From positions 1-26,472 of the IMG/VR virus record IMGVR_UViG_3300005805_009919: 26,472 nt of DNA; one strand, given 5' to 3'. Under the pieces are notes generated by a model. It made no database searches. It was given only the letters and a program-made list of their open reading frames with translations, and was not told the DNA's origin. Positions 23,627 to 26,472 of the stretch are shown here, piece after piece. Numbering within the stretch: position 1 is the first letter of the stretch; each line of letters opens with the position of its first letter. This stretch comes from a virus. Its lineage: Duplodnaviria > Caudoviricetes. A program made the translations under genes and the position numbers.

Positions 23627-26158
23627 TTAATCTCCTACGCTGTAATCAATATCTTGGTAGTCTTGTTCAAGTCCGTAGTTTTGAATTTCTAGATCGTATT
23701 TTTTTATGTCTTCTTCACTTGGTTCTGGAAGTAAAGATGGCTTTGTCTTTTTAGATTCTTCAGGTTCAGGTGTTTGTCCTTCTAATTCATTAGGCAACCC
23801 AGATCCTTCAAGTCCAGCCATGGGGCCGGTATCTGTCTGTCCTAAACCTTGAATTCCAGAAGGAGAAATTTCGGGGTTAGGACCTCCTGGTTCGGTGCCA
23901 ATTTCATTACGTTGAGATTGCTCGTCCGAAGGAATGCCAACACCCAAAAGTTGCGGATTTTGAGCCAAAACTTGCAATTTAAGTTCTTCCAGCTTTTGCA
24001 ACTTAAGTCTAGCAATCATCTCTTCTGTATCTTCAACTGAATATTTTAGAATTTTTGTCATAATATCGAAATCAGACATCAACTGGCTACTTTTTAATGT
24101 GCTTGCGTTGCCGTAACGAGCTGTAACAACCTCTGTTCTTGATAACTCTCTCCAATCTGAGGGAGGTGTCATTTTAATTCGAAGGTCTTGAAAAGATTCT
24201 TCAGGATATCCACGTAATTGAAGATGTCTCTCGACAATTTCTTGGATTCCATCCTCAAAAGCAGCTTGCAATCTTTCAATCATTCTGGCTATTTTTACAT
24301 CTTGTGCAGAAAGCGTTATTCTAGTAGCGGTCACATCTTCGTTATTAAGGTAGTTCTTAGGGAAATTCAAACTTGTTAGCAATTTGTTTCTAAAATAAAT
24401 TGCATCATCAATTTCTCCCAAATTTTCAGCACCGGGAAGAGTGTCAATACGTGTGTTGCTGTTAGGTCTCACCGGCAACCAATAATCCTCATCTTGGGCT
24501 GGTGGTTGCCATCGTTCTTCAACCTGATTGGCACCAGCTCCCCCCCTGTTATTAGTAACTTTCCTTTTTCTAAGCTGATCTTTAAGCCGATCTACGAAAG
24601 CTTCTGCTTTGAAAGGGGGTAACTGACCAACATCAATATAAAACACTCTTCTTTCAGGCGCACGACTTAGTCGATATGTAACCATAGCGTCTTCCATCAT
24701 TCTTAAGCTATGAGCAGGGCCGCGTGCAGGTTCAATTAAAGACTGACCATAAGGATAGAATGTTTTTCGATCATCTCCTATTCGGAAATGAACTATTTGA
24801 CCTGGAGCAAATCTTATGACTGTTGTTTGGCTAATGTCGATGTCATTTAAATCGTCGATTGGACCTTTCACGATAGCTTGATAATCAGGACCCTCTTTGC
24901 TCTGTTGAAACTCCAAAAGTTTACCTTTGACAGTTTCGATTCTAAACATAGTCTCAGGAGCCAAGGGTACTGCTTTGTAAATTCCTTCTCTAGGATTTTC
25001 TGGATTTACAACAAGCTCTAAAAACCAATCTCCAAACAAGCAAAGATTTTTGAACCAAACCCAGCCATTTCGATTGACATTTAACATTTTTCGGTGAAAC
25101 AAGAGAAATTCCACCTCTTGTTTAATGTCTTCATTCTCGGTACTAACCTTAAGAATGTTTCCATTGTCATCTTTTTGACAGTTATGTAAAATTACGCTGT
25201 CAGTAGCAAAACATTTATGATCTTCAACTGAAATGTCGTATACTTCTTGTTCTGGCCCGTCATGAATACCGATGATTTTTCTCTTTTCTTTATTCAGATG
25301 CAGTCTCCGTATTTCCCTATGGGTAAAGCCTTCTTTCTGCATCCAATCTTCAAGAGTGTGCCAATCTCTTTCGCACATTTTAGCAATCTGTCTTGTTGTC
25401 AAACCCCCGCCTATCATTCGTGCGACCCTATTGACTTTTTCATAAGATGGGCTAGTATTCCCTAATCTCCAGTCATCAACGAATTGTCTTTCATGAATCC
25501 AACCTCTGTGAAAAGAATAAATTCTCGGGTATTGATTTTGCTTTAAATCAGTCTTTGCTGGCAGTCTATAAAAAGGCATTAATTCGTCACTATACTTTAG
25601 CTTTCCAGTTTCGACCCATGAGCCATTTTTTAAAAGAACTTTGTGGTCTTCCGTAGCAGTAAAGCTGGAGCCGTTATCTAACGTGATGATTTTGGTTTTT
25701 GCTTTTTTTACTAATCTAGGCGCAAAAGCCCATCCCAAAGTATAATCTTGTTTCTTTTCATCATAGCAATAAACTAAAAATCGTTCTTCTGCTCTTTCTT
25801 CAGCGAGCTGTTTTATTGGAATGAAGCCGAATGGTGTTGCGATTTTAGTATCTCCGGCAACACAAGCTTCGTCTGAAAAGATTGTTATTGCCGTCTCAAT
25901 TTCAGGGATGTTCCGAAGTCTTTCGTATTCTTTATACCGCATGGCCCTATTTGTAAGGGTTGTGGTATCAATCATGTCAAATGTCTGGCGATAATTTAAG
26001 CCGATCGTTGGATCTGAGCCTTGTTGAAATTCTGCACCAAGAGCATCTGGCTGTACAACTCCCGCAGAACCAAACTGATTTGGATCTCTAGTGGCTGATA
26101 AAGGATCTTTTTTTGTGGCGTAACTAAAAAGCTTAAAAAAGTCAGACCAAATAGGCAT
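23627..26158 (-). CDS. gp20: Portal protein, T4 gp20-like, intein-containing
   Basis: PEIE.AI...DEA, L.MMEDAMV.YRLSRAPERRVFYIDVG.LP..KAE, EDYWLP.R....T.IDTLPG..NLGEIDD..YF..KL..SL..P; start reassigned to ATG 26158. Confidence 0.95.
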   Translation of the reverse strand: MPIWSDFFKLFSYATKKDPLSATRDPNQFGSAGVVQPDALGAEFQQGSDPTIGLNYRQTFDMIDTTTLTNRAMRYKEYERLRNIPEIETAITIFSDEACVAGDTKIATPFGFIPIKQLAEERAEERFLVYCYDEKKQDYTLGWAFAPRLVKKAKTKIITLDNGSSFTATEDHKVLLKNGSWVETGKLKYSDELMPFYRLPAKTDLKQNQYPRIYSFHRGWIHERQFVDDWRLGNTSPSYEKVNRVARMIGGGLTTRQIAKMCERDWHTLEDWMQKEGFTHREIRRLHLNKEKRKIIGIHDGPEQEVYDISVEDHKCFATDSVILHNCQKDDNGNILKVSTENEDIKQEVEFLLFHRKMLNVNRNGWVWFKNLCLFGDWFLELVVNPENPREGIYKAVPLAPETMFRIETVKGKLLEFQQSKEGPDYQAIVKGPIDDLNDIDISQTTVIRFAPGQIVHFRIGDDRKTFYPYGQSLIEPARGPAHSLRMMEDAMVTYRLSRAPERRVFYIDVGQLPPFKAEAFVDRLKDQLRKRKVTNNRGGAGANQVEERWQPPAQDEDYWLPVRPNSNTRIDTLPGAENLGEIDDAIYFRNKLLTSLNFPKNYLNNEDVTATRITLSAQDVKIARMIERLQAAFEDGIQEIVERHLQLRGYPEESFQDLRIKMTPPSDWRELSRTEVVTARYGNASTLKSSQLMSDFDIMTKILKYSVEDTEEMIARLKLQKLEELKLQVLAQNPQLLGVGIPSDEQSQRNEIGTEPGGPNPEISPSGIQGLGQTDTGPMAGLEGSGLPNELEGQTPEPEESKKTKPSLLPEPSEEDIKKYDLEIQNYGLEQDYQDIDYSVGD
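25181..25864 (-). mobile_element. Intein (228 aa) in the portal, lacking a recognisable intact homing endonuclease
   Basis: DEA|CVAGDTKI (block A), TATEDHKVL (block B TxxH), VYDISVEDHKCF (block F), ILHN|C (block G, Cys+1). Confidence 0.95.
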
Positions 26159-26240
26159 AATTTTTTCTCTCTTGTAAATACAATTCAATTTTCACAATGT
26201 TAGTTATTACTTCAGTTAATTTTTATAAGAAGCCTAAATT

Positions 26241-26472
26241 ATGAAGAAGTTAATTTTTGTTTGTAGCCATTTACATTCTGGTTCTCGGGAATTATGCGAA
26301 ATTCTTGATGACCACCCGAAAATTCAAATTTGTAAAAATTTTGAAAAACAAAACTACGCAAATCCGTTAGATCTGTTTCAGGCAACTTCGGCACCACACA
26401 AGTTGCAAAATAAATCGGCCATATACTTGGATCATCTGCTTTACAACTATCAATTGAGTATGAAGTCGGCAT
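26241..26472 (+). CDS. Partial (runs off the right edge) sulfotransferase-like P-loop protein
   Basis: Not in ORF track: MKKLIFVCSHLHSGSRELCEILDDHPKIQ resembles the IF.....RSGST.L...L..HP.I N-terminus of sulfotransferases, with a degenerate PAPS loop; TGTAAATA at 26173-26180. Confidence 0.55.
   Translation, partial: MKKLIFVCSHLHSGSRELCEILDDHPKIQICKNFEKQNYANPLDLFQATSAPHKLQNKSAIYLDHLLYNYQLSMKSA

Noticed and set aside
2426-25465. Numerous short nested or antisense ORFs in the track (e.g. 3124-3441, 4639-4926, 5309-5641, 11732-12001, 15896-16243, 22052-22282, 25247-25465)
   Set aside because: Mostly or wholly inside longer genes with recognisable motifs; no independent SD or family signal.
15685-26158. 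Stop-codon reassignment as seen in some large phages
   Set aside because: Core genes are full-length under the standard code; TAG ends the MCP, and TGA and TAA end other genes.
26239-26472. Minus-strand 77-aa ORF in the track
   Set aside because: The plus-strand frame from ATG 26241 is open to the edge and has a sulfotransferase-like N-terminus; the minus ORF is likely its shadow.
1-26472. tRNA, rRNA or group I intron
   Set aside because: No cloverleaf or T-loop signature noticed in the short intergenic regions, and neither LAGLIDADG ORF interrupts a gene; a tRNAscan-SE/Infernal run would be needed to be certain.

Overview
AT-rich, gene-dense segment of a large T4-like (jumbo-type) dsDNA phage genome, read with the standard code (TAA, TAG and TGA all act as stops). 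The minus strand carries a T4-type head module: portal (gp20-like, 23627-26158) interrupted by a 228-aa intein, a large unknown prohead-core candidate, prohead protease (gp21-like), scaffold (gp22-like) and major capsid protein (gp23-like, with a ~100-aa beta-rich insertion). Accessory genes include a Delta-60-repeat beta-propeller protein, an FkbM methyltransferase, a DUF262/GmrSD-like protein divergent from a beta-class DNA methyltransferase, a TnsA-like PD-(D/E)xK endonuclease, two LAGLIDADG-fold proteins and a partial sulfotransferase-like gene. Main observations: (1) six unrelated ORFs, plus a weaker seventh, start with a T4 capsid-targeting-like leader (M-x-[STNL]-[FY]-x-[EQD]-[WFYL]...[IL]-x-E), and each has its own TANATA late-promoter-like box, suggesting a dispersed, modular capsid-cargo system (cargos include PcfJ-like, GNAT-like and polyK/poly-acidic proteins); (2) both LAGLIDADG proteins have intact ORFs but lack both catalytic acidic residues; (3) two small late genes share a ~30-aa N-terminal module fused to different C-termini; (4) several secreted or membrane proteins resemble Planctomycetota families, hinting at the host. 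Five real ORFs missing from the supplied track were read by hand. All family assignments come from motif recognition by eye; no searches were run.
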